NCBI GenBank assembly: GCA_964291415.2
Contig: OZ219918.1
Coordinates: 1,088,001 to 1,152,000 of the forward strand
Reading direction: 5' to 3'
DNA: 64,000 nucleotides
Origin: Alphaproteobacteria bacterium
Lineage (GTDB): Bacteria > Pseudomonadota > Alphaproteobacteria > SP197
Positions 20,219-29,624 of this stretch are shown piece by piece (the first letter of the stretch is position 1; each line of letters begins with the position of its first letter). The translations under genes were made by a program, and so were the position numbers. Below the pieces are notes generated by a model that was not told where the DNA came from, ran no database searches, and saw only the letters and a list, made by a program, of their open reading frames with translations.

Positions 20219-21067
20219 TCACGAATTGCTGGCCGTGCGCTTCGCATGTTCCCTCGCCAGCGCACACCACGAGTCGATGTCGACATCTTCGGCTCGGGCC
20301 CTGGGGTCCAAACCGGCGCAATGAAGCAGATCCTGCGGATCTCTCGAGACGGTGCCCAGAGCGTTGCGCAGCACCTTGCGCCGCTGGCCGAAACCGGCTT
20401 GCGTGAGTGCGCGCAGCACCGGTTCGGGGGCTGGCGAAAGAGGGGTGTCGCGTGGCGTGATGCGGACCACCGCCGCACGGACTTTCGGTGCCGGGACGAA
20501 GGAGGCAGAGGCAATGCCGAAACACCACTCAACCCGGCACAGCCACTGTACGAGAACACTCAGCCTGCCGTACTGACGGGTACCCGGCGCCGCGACGAGG
20601 CGTTCGGCCACCTCCTTCTGGAACATCAGGATCATGCGATCGATCATGTGGCGATGCTCGACCAGGCGCATGGCGAGCCGTGTCGAACTGTTGAAGGGGA
20701 GATTGCCCATGACCACCGATCCTGGCTCCAGGATCTGGTGAAGATCGCACTCCAGGGCATCGCCTTCGTGGACGGCAAGTCTGCCCGCAGCGGCATCACG
20801 AAGACCGGAAAGTGCCGCACAGCATCGCCGGTCCATCTCGATGGCAAGGACCCGCTTTGCCCCGGCTCTCAGTATGGCCCGCGTCAGTCCGCCCGGACCC
20901 GGACCGATCTCGACGACAACGGCGCCCTCGAGGCTGCCGGCACTGCGGGCGATGCGGTCGAGCACGTTTTCATCAAACAGAAAGTTCTGTCCCAGCGACT
21001 TGCGCGCCCTGAGAGAGAATGCATCCGCGACGTCCCTCAGACGGGGAAGGTCGTCGAGTGGGTTCAA
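20219..21067 (-). CDS. rsmA: 16S rRNA adenine dimethyltransferase
   Basis: KSLGQNFL, EIGPGPGGLT, NLPFN, MFQKEVAERL, GQRRK. TTG start overlaps the surA stop. Confidence 0.96.
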   Translation of the reverse strand: MNPLDDLPRLRDVADAFSLRARKSLGQNFLFDENVLDRIARSAGSLEGAVVVEIGPGPGGLTRAILRAGAKRVLAIEMDRRCCAALSGLRDAAAGRLAVHEGDALECDLHQILEPGSVVMGNLPFNSSTRLAMRLVEHRHMIDRMILMFQKEVAERLVAAPGTRQYGRLSVLVQWLCRVEWCFGIASASFVPAPKVRAAVVRITPRDTPLSPAPEPVLRALTQAGFGQRRKVLRNALGTVSRDPQDLLHCAGLDPRARAEDVDIDSWCALAREHAKRTASNS

Positions 21068-22335
21068 CGCGCTTCCTGGATGCGGATGTCGACGAATGCC
21101 TGGCGTCTGAGGTCGCGAAGATAGCTCCTCGCGATGGTGTCGTGCTGGCGCGCCTCCAGCGTGTTGCGGGCTTCCTCGCGTGTCGGCAGGCCGTGTTCGA
21201 CACGTTCGCACACCATCATGACACGCACTTCACCGGCCCCGGCAACGGGTCCGCCGGCTGTTCCCGGTTCCAGGTTCTCAACCTGGCGGCGCACGTCGTC
21301 CTGGAGGTCAGTCAGTCGTGCCGTCACGGCGTTGCTCACCCGTGGCCCGCCTTCGGTCGCGGCGAGAGCCTCGAGATCCTCGCACGAGGAAAGCGGGGAA
21401 ACAGCGTCCGACACTCTTTCCACCACGTCCGTGGCGTCTTCGTCCGCGGCAAAGACCGCCTGGCGGATGGTGACCTCGATGTCTTCGTCACTCACCCGAT
21501 AACCCGGGCGGATCTCGCGCACCAGGATCAGGGTGTAGCCGCCGAGCGTGCGGATCGGCGGTGACATGTAGCCGACACCCAGGTTGGGTACAACCGCGGC
21601 GAGTTCCTCCGAGAGCTGGCTGTGAACGATCCAGCCCAGATCACCGCCATTGATGGAACTGGCGCTTTGCGAAAACTGCTGGGCAAGAATACTGAACCGG
21701 CCTCCCGAACGCAGGGCATCGGCGAGCCGCTCGATGTTCTCCCTCACACGCTCCTCTTCCTCGGGGTCGTCCACGGAAAGGACGATCTCGGCAAGCAGGT
21801 AGTGGGGTTCGTGCGCGGCGGCGATCATGCGCTGGTACTCGTCCTCGACCTCCGCTTCGAAGATCGGGCGCTGGCGTTGCCGGGCTCTCACCAGTTCACC
21901 CCAGACAATCTCCGCCGTCAGCTGGTCATCGAGCGAATCCAGGCTCAGGCCGCGATCTTCCATGAAGGCAACGAGTTCTCCCGGACCGAGGCCAAGGCTG
22001 CGTTCAACGAAGCCGTAGGTCTCGTTGCGATCAATGCGAAAGCTCCCCAGTCCCTGCCGGGCTCCTTCCTGCAACTGCAGTTTCTCGTTGATCAGCATCG
22101 AGGCGACCTGTGGCAGGAGTTGTCTGCGGCTCTCGGGCGTATCGGTGATTCCCGACAGGGAAAGAACGAGGGAAAGGCGCGCGGCCAGATCCCGTTCGGT
22201 GATCGCCTCGTCGTTGACAACCATAGCAATTCCAAGTGATTCCTGGGCCCAGGAGGGTACCGGAACGAAGGCCAGGGCAAGGGCAAGAAGCACCCGAGCG
22301 GGCAGGGACCAAGGCAGATGTCGGCTCATAGACAT
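21064..22335 (-). CDS. surA: SurA-like periplasmic chaperone/PPIase
   Basis: Signal peptide, VVNDEAIT, LAQQFSQSASSINGGDLGW, YLRDLRRQAFVDIR; follows lptD. Confidence 0.9.
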   Translation of the reverse strand: MSMSRHLPWSLPARVLLALALAFVPVPSWAQESLGIAMVVNDEAITERDLAARLSLVLSLSGITDTPESRRQLLPQVASMLINEKLQLQEGARQGLGSFRIDRNETYGFVERSLGLGPGELVAFMEDRGLSLDSLDDQLTAEIVWGELVRARQRQRPIFEAEVEDEYQRMIAAAHEPHYLLAEIVLSVDDPEEEERVRENIERLADALRSGGRFSILAQQFSQSASSINGGDLGWIVHSQLSEELAAVVPNLGVGYMSPPIRTLGGYTLILVREIRPGYRVSDEDIEVTIRQAVFAADEDATDVVERVSDAVSPLSSCEDLEALAATEGGPRVSNAVTARLTDLQDDVRRQVENLEPGTAGGPVAGAGEVRVMMVCERVEHGLPTREEARNTLEARQHDTIARSYLRDLRRQAFVDIRIQEAR

Positions 22336-22400
22336 GAAATCTCCAGGCAATCGCCAAGGTGCTGGAATCGATCGGGCGAATCAAGGTGACGGGGGGGATT

Positions 22401-24533
22401 TCAACCCAGCGTGACGAGCCGGATCCTGAAGATGACCACGGTTTCCGGACTGTAGTCCATGGCTCGGGTGAAACGCCTTTCTCCGCTCAGGCTCATTTCC
22501 AGACATTCGTCCTGGTAGGCGAGGGCGCTGCCGAACAAAATGGACTCGCCCCTGTCCACGTCCCCGCGCCAGCTTCCCTTGAGAGACCAGTTGTCGATCA
22601 GTCTGAACTCAGCGCCAGTGCTGATCTGGGCGCGTTCCCTCAAGGGGTAGATGACGGGGTCGGTTTCCTCGTCGAGCCGCACGTAGCTGACTTCGAGATT
22701 CGCGTCATCAGTGCCGACGTTCAGGCCGAGTTCCGAGCGGTAAAGGGACTTGAACTCGTCAGATATGCGGAAGCGGTAGAGCAGGTCGAGGTACGGGAAG
22801 GGATTGATCTGCAGTCGCCCGACATAGTCGGAGAAATGTCCCGAAAGGCCCTGGCTCTCGTCAAATGTGCTGTCGTCGTGTGCCCGCCAGGCCTGGCCGA
22901 GGAAGAGTTCGTAGTGCCCGGAATCGCGATCGTACTGACCGAGGCGCAGGCCGTAGTTGACCCGCAATCCACCCTCGACCCTGTCGAGACCGGGAAACCT
23001 GTTGGTTGAGAAAAGGTTGATCTCGTCGAACTCGAAGTCCTGACCGTCCTCGTTGGGGATCTTACGGGAATTGCCGCCATTGGGACTCCACACAACCATC
23101 GCCATCGGTTCGAAGAACTGATGAGAAGTGTCGCCCATCCGGGCGAAGGGATAGCGCCACTCGATGAGTGCCTCGGGAACAAACCGGCTGGCGAATCCGG
23201 ATTGCTTGCGATCAGCCAAGGGAACATTGGAGGCATGGTAGGCATCGCCGCGCAACGAGAGGCGTGTGCGGAAGTACTGGCCATTTGCCGTCAGAAAGGG
23301 AGCCTGCCAGGCGAATCCGGTGGAGAAACGGCGGCTGTCGGTTCCGTCGCTTCGTGTCAGGACGAGAAGACTGGACTCGACACTTGCGGACGATCCGGTC
23401 TTCGAAGGAGGTGTGAGGTAGCTGTACGTGAGGAGCGGAGCGACAAGCGGGATCTGGCCAGGGTCGTCGATCGGTCTCAATCCCTGGTAGAGATAGCCGG
23501 AGGCCGCGGCATAGGAGCGGTCGTCGAAGTATTCGACGAAGGCATCCGAAACAAGCGTGTCGAGACTCGCGATGTCGAATCGCGACAGGTAGGAATCGTC
23601 GGATGCACGGTGAACGTCGGCACCGAAGTGGGTGCTGGAGTCGGCCATCCACAGGCCGTTCGCCTTGAGATGCCAACGTGTGTCACGTCCTCCCTTGAGG
23701 TGGCCGCTGTTGTGGCGGGCCCTGGCGCGGACGACGGAGCCTTCCACCAGAAGATCACCATCGGCCATGAGTTCCCGGTACTCGGAGGAGAGAATGAGCC
23801 CTTCCTCGCGGGTGATGGTGGGGGTCACAGTGAGGTCGCGTGACGGGGAAAGTTCGATGTAGTAGGGCACACTCATGTAGGTGCCCAGTGTGCTGCTCCT
23901 TCCGTAGTCCGGAACCAGGAATCCGGTGCGCCGTTCCACGGTCGGATCCGGATGACGCATGAAGGGCGAGTAGGCGACCGGAATTCCGAAGACTTCCAGA
24001 GTCACGTCCCGGTAGGTGATATCGTGGGTCTCCTCGTCATGGATCACGCTCCTTGCCTTCAATTGCCAGAGCGGAAAATCGTCAGGATTGTCCGGACACA
24101 GTTCGCAAGGACTGTAGACGGCACGCTCCAGGACCGTGATCCGGCCGTCACTGCGCTCGGCCCTGGATGCAGCCAGCCTGGCGCCGTTGCTGAGCAGCAG
24201 GCGAATTCCTTCAATGACGCCCTCGCGCAGATCGCCGGTGACTTCGATATGGTCCGAATGAAGGGTCTGTCCGTCACTGTCGACAATGACGACATCGCCG
24301 GAGGCCGTCACGCGATCACCGGGCCGGTCATAGGTCAGGCGATCGGCCTCGAGTACATAACCTCTGGTGATCAGGGTGACCGAGCCCTGGGCCGACGTGA
24401 TGCCGGAATGACTGTCGTGCGTGATTTCATCGGCCTGCAGAACGGCCGGATCGGACTCGTGATCGTCCGCCGCCACCTGGCTCATGAGGAACGCCAGCAC
24501 GAGGGCGGCCACCAGGACGGCCGACCGGACCAT
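22401..24533 (-). CDS. lptD: LPS-assembly outer membrane protein LptD
   Basis: OstA-like N-domain, YSPCELC, RRTGFLVP, IPNED, NRFPGLDRVEGG, YQDEC. Confidence 0.95.
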   Translation of the reverse strand: MVRSAVLVAALVLAFLMSQVAADDHESDPAVLQADEITHDSHSGITSAQGSVTLITRGYVLEADRLTYDRPGDRVTASGDVVIVDSDGQTLHSDHIEVTGDLREGVIEGIRLLLSNGARLAASRAERSDGRITVLERAVYSPCELCPDNPDDFPLWQLKARSVIHDEETHDITYRDVTLEVFGIPVAYSPFMRHPDPTVERRTGFLVPDYGRSSTLGTYMSVPYYIELSPSRDLTVTPTITREEGLILSSEYRELMADGDLLVEGSVVRARARHNSGHLKGGRDTRWHLKANGLWMADSSTHFGADVHRASDDSYLSRFDIASLDTLVSDAFVEYFDDRSYAAASGYLYQGLRPIDDPGQIPLVAPLLTYSYLTPPSKTGSSASVESSLLVLTRSDGTDSRRFSTGFAWQAPFLTANGQYFRTRLSLRGDAYHASNVPLADRKQSGFASRFVPEALIEWRYPFARMGDTSHQFFEPMAMVVWSPNGGNSRKIPNEDGQDFEFDEINLFSTNRFPGLDRVEGGLRVNYGLRLGQYDRDSGHYELFLGQAWRAHDDSTFDESQGLSGHFSDYVGRLQINPFPYLDLLYRFRISDEFKSLYRSELGLNVGTDDANLEVSYVRLDEETDPVIYPLRERAQISTGAEFRLIDNWSLKGSWRGDVDRGESILFGSALAYQDECLEMSLSGERRFTRAMDYSPETVVIFRIRLVTLG

Positions 24534-25628
24534 TTATCCGTCTTCCGTATGGAGCAGCATCGTGCTTCCGATCGAAGTGAAAATGGCAACGGGTCCCCAC
24601 ACGGCAAGCAGAACCGGAAGATTGCCCGACATGCCGTAGGCGATGAAAATATCCGATACGACGTAGACGATAAACCCGAATCCCAGCCCGGCGACGGCGA
24701 AGAGGCTGACGTTGCCCTGGCGTGTCAGGCGCAGGGAAAACGTTGCCGCAACCAACACCATGGATGCCAGAAACAGCGGTATGGCGAGCACGGCATGCCA
24801 GTGAATGCGATGCTGCAGCGCAGAAAATCCCGCGTTCTCCATGACCGAGATGAACTCGGGGAGATCCCAGAACGAGATGGTCTCGGGCGATGCGAAGGCA
24901 GCCTGCAGGCGATCGAGGGAAAGTTCTGTCGGCACCTCGAATGTGCTGAGGCTCGCGGTGCTCTGATCGGGACGGCTGATCAGGACCTCTTCCATGGCCC
25001 AGCGATGGTCGCCGAGGGTGGCCCGCTTGGCATCGTAGCGCTCGATGAACCGGTCGTTCTCGCCGAACACGAGGATAATGACATCCTCCAGTTCGGTACC
25101 GCTGGCCGACACCTCGTGAGCATGAATCACGGATTGGCGGGTGTCGTCGCCCTCCCTGATCCACATGTTGCCGGGCGCGACGGCAAGAACGTTGGCCTGG
25201 CTTCTGACATTGCGGTTCTCGAGCTGTTCGAAGCGGGAAATCAGGGCCGACGCGAGGGGGTTGAAGATGGTGATGGTGGCGATGCCGAGGACGACCGTGA
25301 TTGTGAGTGCCGGCAGCAGGAACTGCCACACAGACACACCAGTGGCCCGCATGACCACCAGTTCGTGGGTCCTGGTGAGCCAGATGTAGGTCAGCATGGT
25401 GCCGAACAGGACCGAAAACGGGAGTATCTTCACCATGAAGTAGGGAATGCGCAGCAGCGCCATCTCCAGCACCAGGGCAAGATCCGCGCTCTCCCGAGAG
25501 GCGGCCCGACCTCCCAGGTTCACGATGTCGACGAGAAAGGTGACGGCCAGCATGACCACGAGAACCAGCATGACCGACATGAAGAATCGCCGGGCAATGT
25601 ACTTCGAGAGGACGAAGGACAACCGCAT
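24534..25628 (-). CDS. lptG: LPS export ABC permease LptG
   Basis: LSKYIARRF, ELVVMRATGVSVWQ, ISFWDLP, 6 TM segments; synteny. Confidence 0.93.
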   Translation of the reverse strand: MRLSFVLSKYIARRFFMSVMLVLVVMLAVTFLVDIVNLGGRAASRESADLALVLEMALLRIPYFMVKILPFSVLFGTMLTYIWLTRTHELVVMRATGVSVWQFLLPALTITVVLGIATITIFNPLASALISRFEQLENRNVRSQANVLAVAPGNMWIREGDDTRQSVIHAHEVSASGTELEDVIILVFGENDRFIERYDAKRATLGDHRWAMEEVLISRPDQSTASLSTFEVPTELSLDRLQAAFASPETISFWDLPEFISVMENAGFSALQHRIHWHAVLAIPLFLASMVLVAATFSLRLTRQGNVSLFAVAGLGFGFIVYVVSDIFIAYGMSGNLPVLLAVWGPVAIFTSIGSTMLLHTEDG

Positions 25629-25632
25629 GGCA

Positions 25633-26766
25633 CTAGACGCCTGACCTGAGCGAGCCGGACGTGAAGAACGGCAGGGAGAAACGATGCTGCAGCATCGTCC
25701 AGATGGCCAGCCAGAAGGCGATAACAGGAAGCACGTAGAGAGGACCGATGAGAAGCGTGTTCTTGACCACAAGGCTGGTGAGAGAGAACGAGATCCCGAG
25801 ATAGAGCAGACCAAAGCCCAGCCCGCTGACAATTCTCGGCCATTGGTGGCGGCGGTCGAATTCGCCGGCGGTCATCGCGGCAAAGCCGATAAGCGCCATG
25901 ACGAGAGAGGCCAGTGGCAGCACCACACGCCTGTGGGCCTCCGCCAGAAACTCGCCCCGGTTGTCGTCGTCGATGGCGGTGAACGGACCGCTGATGAGTT
26001 CATGGAGATACCGCTCCTTGGGTTCCCTGTTGCGTGACGGGGGCGCGCCCGAAAGCTGGCCGAGATCGAGGGCATAGCTGTCGAAATAGAGCATGCTGAG
26101 GGTGCGCTCGTTGCCGGCGATCTCCTGGCGCGTGCCGTTCGCCAGCACCAGTTGCAGGCCTCCGTCCTCCGCGACCAGCGATCCCCACTGCGCCAGCATG
26201 GTGATCTTGCGGTCCCGTTCGCGGTTGTCGTGGATGATGATGCCGCGGAAACGGCCCTCCCTGTCCTCATCCCGGTAATAGACCGTGAACCTTGGAATGA
26301 GCTGGTTGAACGTACCCTTGCGCAAGAGCAGGTGATGAAAGTCGCTCCTGAGGTGCGCCTGTTCATCCTTGAACTCCCGAAAACCCGCAGGTGACAGCCA
26401 CAGGGTCAGCACCCAGCCCAGGACGGCAACGAGGACGCCGAGGACGATCACAGGCCTGACCAGGTCCCAGGGGCCGAGACCGGCGGAGCGCATGACCACC
26501 AGCTCACGATCGATCGTCAGCCGATTGAATGTATAGATCACGGCACACAGCACGGCGACGGGCAGCGTCACCGGAAGGATCGACGGCATCAGGAGCAGCG
26601 TGATTTCGAGGAAGGCGAGGACCGAGAGGCCGCGGTTGATGATGAAATCGAGGAACCGCAGCGACTGGGTAAGCCAGATCACGCTCACCAGCACGGCAGC
26701 GATGGTGATCGTCGTCAACACCAGCTGAAGGAGAATGTAGGACGTATGCCTGCGGACCATCGGCAT
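25633..26766 (-). CDS. lptF: LPS export ABC permease LptF
   Basis: WLTQSLRFLDFIINRGL, DRELVVMRSAGL, AEAHRR. The real start lies in the C-terminal half of the 774-aa track ORF. Confidence 0.93.
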   Translation of the reverse strand: MPMVRRHTSYILLQLVLTTITIAAVLVSVIWLTQSLRFLDFIINRGLSVLAFLEITLLLMPSILPVTLPVAVLCAVIYTFNRLTIDRELVVMRSAGLGPWDLVRPVIVLGVLVAVLGWVLTLWLSPAGFREFKDEQAHLRSDFHHLLLRKGTFNQLIPRFTVYYRDEDREGRFRGIIIHDNRERDRKITMLAQWGSLVAEDGGLQLVLANGTRQEIAGNERTLSMLYFDSYALDLGQLSGAPPSRNREPKERYLHELISGPFTAIDDDNRGEFLAEAHRRVVLPLASLVMALIGFAAMTAGEFDRRHQWPRIVSGLGFGLLYLGISFSLTSLVVKNTLLIGPLYVLPVIAFWLAIWTMLQHRFSLPFFTSGSLRSGV

Positions 26767-26934
26767 GGACTGTGCGTTGCTCCCCTCCCCTTGCGATATA
26801 CAGGGGAAACGGGACCGAGTCACCCGAGCGAAGCCCCGGGGAGCCACGTGCCAAACCGGACTCCGGGTGAGGGGCGTCTCGCCTGGCCCGGTCCTGCCGT
26901 GTAGGCTGGAGCCTGCAGACAAGGGCATCGTGCC

Positions 26935-27774
26935 ATGCCGCAATTCGACCGCGCCGGAGAGGATGTCGGCAACATCGTCGCGTTGGAGCACGTCAATGTC
27001 CGGGTGCCGGACCAGGCGCGCGCGACCGACTTCTACATCACCGCGCTCGGTCTCACGCGCGACCCCTATCTGGTGACCGGAACGGACAACATGTGGGTCA
27101 ATGTCGGGCAGAGCCAGTTCCATCTTCCGACGGGCGAACCGCAACGCTTGCGCGGCCGGATCGGCCTTGTCATGCCCGATCTCGACGCTCTCGAAACCCG
27201 TCTTGCCGCCGCCAGGATGCCCAGCGAACGGGAGAACGGCCACATCGACACGACGTGCCCGTGGGGCAATCGCATTCGCGTGCACGGGCCGCGAGACGCA
27301 CGGACGCTTGCCATGGCCTATGTGGCCTTCGATGTGCCCGAGGGAACGGCGGAAGCGGTGGCGGCCTTCTACCGCGAAGTGTGGAAGACGGGGGCCTGGG
27401 TGGATCAGGATGGGGTGGCCCATGCCCCGGTCGGGCACGGCCAGGAACTCCTCTTTGTCGAGACCGCGGGACCGCCGCCGGATTATGACGGCCACCATAT
27501 CGCGATCTACGTGGCGGACTTTTCCGGCCCGCACCGGTGGCTGGAGAAAAGGGAACTCGTCTCCGAAGAAAGCAACCGGTGGCAGTACCGCTTCCTCGAT
27601 ATCGTCGATCCCGGTACGGGCGAGCCGGTGTTCCGCATCGAGCATGAGGTACGCTCCATGACCCACCCGATCTACGCGCGCTCCCTGGTCAACCGCAATC
27701 CGGACGTCACCAACAGCGCCTTCGCCGCGGGCCACGAAGCCGTTGCCTGGACAGCGCCTCCAGACCCGTGCTGA
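26935..27774 (+). CDS. VOC/glyoxalase-like family protein (two modules)
   Basis: LEHVN.....ATDFY...LGL, QFHLP, CPWGN, HHIAIY. Confidence 0.75.
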   Translation: MPQFDRAGEDVGNIVALEHVNVRVPDQARATDFYITALGLTRDPYLVTGTDNMWVNVGQSQFHLPTGEPQRLRGRIGLVMPDLDALETRLAAARMPSERENGHIDTTCPWGNRIRVHGPRDARTLAMAYVAFDVPEGTAEAVAAFYREVWKTGAWVDQDGVAHAPVGHGQELLFVETAGPPPDYDGHHIAIYVADFSGPHRWLEKRELVSEESNRWQYRFLDIVDPGTGEPVFRIEHEVRSMTHPIYARSLVNRNPDVTNSAFAAGHEAVAWTAPPDPC

Positions 27775-27792
27775 ACCGTTCACGCGCCCCGC

Positions 27793-27850
27793 TGTCGCGG
27801 AAATGTCGGGTTCCTGTCGTGGCATCCGACGCTGAATCGGGCCATGTCGG
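27793..27850. promoter_or_regulatory. Helically phased TGTCG repeats, candidate operator of the downstream XRE regulator
   Basis: TGTCG at 27793, 27804 and 27815 (11-bp period), inverted CCGAC at 27826, and TGTCGG at 27845. Confidence 0.5.
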
Positions 27851-27877
27851 TTTGCGAGAACGGCGGGAGTGGCGTTG

Positions 27878-28375
27878 ATGATCGTTCGCAAGCTGCGCCT
27901 CGAACGGGGTTTCTCCCAGGAGCAACTCGCATCGATGGCGGGTGTCAGCGTCCGCACCCTTCAGCGCATAGAGCGTGGCGCGACCCCGAGTGCCGAGACC
28001 CTCAAGTGCCTTGCCGCTGTTCTGGACACCGACTTTTCCACCCTGCGCAAGGAGCAAGACATGACCACCGCAGCCGACATCCCGGAACTCTCCGAAGACG
28101 AAAGGGATGCCATGGAATATGTCCGGGACATCCAGGGGTTCTACATCCACGCCGTCCAGTACGTCGTCGTCATCGCCGGCCTCGCGGCAGTCAACCTCGT
28201 CACCAGCCCGGGCTACCTCTGGTTTCTCTGGGCCGCCCTCGGCTGGGGCACTGGCGTTGCCGTCCACGGCCTCAGCGTGTTCGAGATCGTCAATCTGTTC
28301 GGCGACGGCTGGGAAAGACGCCAGGTCGCAAAGCGTCTCGCAAAGATCCGGCGGAACCGCAACACAAACCCGTGA
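27878..28375 (+). CDS. XRE-family HTH regulator with C-terminal 2TM domain
   Basis: LRLERGFSQEQLA...GVSVRTLQRIERG; FYIH...Y.....NL...YLWFLW..LGWG..VAVH. Confidence 0.9.
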   Translation: MIVRKLRLERGFSQEQLASMAGVSVRTLQRIERGATPSAETLKCLAAVLDTDFSTLRKEQDMTTAADIPELSEDERDAMEYVRDIQGFYIHAVQYVVVIAGLAAVNLVTSPGYLWFLWAALGWGTGVAVHGLSVFEIVNLFGDGWERRQVAKRLAKIRRNRNTNP

Positions 28376-28682
28376 CCCACGTTTCACGGATCCCCGCCGG
28401 TTTCATTGGGGACAGCAGCAACATGCGGCCGGGTTCTTTCTGACACAGCTTGCGTTGCATCCCAAGCTGCGTTCCGGTGTGACCCCCGAAGCCGGTCCCG
28501 GCCGGCCGGAGCCTGATTCGCGCTGAACCGGGAATCTGGCAGAGAGGAACCGCCGGGGGGAGGCGGGTTCGCGACTTGCTGCGCTCGGACGGTCTGGTCC
28601 GAGCCATCCTCCGCGCGACGTGATGTGCTGTACGCGGTGGCATGCACATGGATAATCGTCTGTCTGACGAAACGGAGCGGCC

Positions 28683-29324
28683 ATGGATCTGGATGTCGAA
28701 CGCCTCATCGGCGCCGTGGAGCGCACAGTGACGTCCTTGGAGTGCGACGGACAGGCTGCGCGCGCGGTCACCCTCGCGCGCAGCTACGCGACGACAGTGG
28801 AGGATCTCTGGGATGCCGTGACGAGCGCGGAGAGAATCCCGCGCTGGTTCCTGCCTGTCAGCGGCCGTCTCGAACTTGGCGGTCGCTACCAACTGGAGGG
28901 AAATGCTGGCGGCACGATCAGGGACTGCGAGCGTCCCTCATATCTCGGGCTGACGTGGGAGTTCGGAGGTGACGTGAGTTGGGTGGAAGCGCATCTCGGC
29001 AGTGATGGTGCCGGCCGCTCGCGCCTTGCGATTACGCATACCGCCCTGGTATCCGATCACTGGCACACGTTCGGTCCCGGTGCCGTCGGCGTAGGTTGGG
29101 AGATGGGCCTGCTGGGGATGGAACTGCATCTTGCGCGGCCGCACGAACCCAAGTTGGACGTTGCAACGTTCCACACGACGCGCGACGGAAGAGCGCTCCT
29201 CGTCGCAAGCAGCGCGGCGTGGGGCCGGGCGGCCGAGGCAGAGGGAACGGACCCCGACGCTGCGCGCGCAGCGGCGCAGCGCACGGCGGCCTTCTACACG
29301 GGCGACACAGTCGCGCCGGATTGA
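28683..29324 (+). CDS. SRPBCC/AHSA1-like ligand-binding protein
   Basis: DLWDAVTSAERIPRWFLPVSG, YQLEGNAGG, GPGAVGVGW. Confidence 0.88.
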   Translation: MDLDVERLIGAVERTVTSLECDGQAARAVTLARSYATTVEDLWDAVTSAERIPRWFLPVSGRLELGGRYQLEGNAGGTIRDCERPSYLGLTWEFGGDVSWVEAHLGSDGAGRSRLAITHTALVSDHWHTFGPGAVGVGWEMGLLGMELHLARPHEPKLDVATFHTTRDGRALLVASSAAWGRAAEAEGTDPDAARAAAQRTAAFYTGDTVAPD

Positions 29325-29624
29325 TGCGCACTTTCGACGAGATCCGCGGGTGTGCTGCGGTGCTGTTGTCCATGCATTATCAGTCGCAGGCGTTGACTCG
29401 TCATCGCGGTGGGAATGATTGCTCCGTCGCGCCTCGTGCAAGAAACACAAGGCAGCATTTCAATGGAGGCGGCGGCACGAGCCTGGACGGCGGTGACCCG
29501 GAAAAGCCCGTCCACGTCCTCGTCTTCGCCGAGGAAGGGCACATCGCCTGAAGACGGCAGCCGCATTCTGGAAGATGTACAGGCCCTTTGCTACGATGGG
29601 AAACTCCAAACCACGGGGCATGTC

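Noticed and set aside
13333-25649. Long plus-strand ORFs (530, 738, 680, 565 aa)
   Set aside because: Antisense shadows of the MATE gene, glnD, mutS and lptD/lptG, typical of high-GC codon bias; no protein motifs.
26767-27957. N-terminal ~400-aa extension of LptF in the ORF track
   Set aside because: Antisense to the VOC gene; LptF homology begins at 26766.
29324-29551. 75-aa ORF overlapping the SRPBCC stop
   Set aside because: No recognisable motif or convincing coding signal; may be a remnant but is unsupported.
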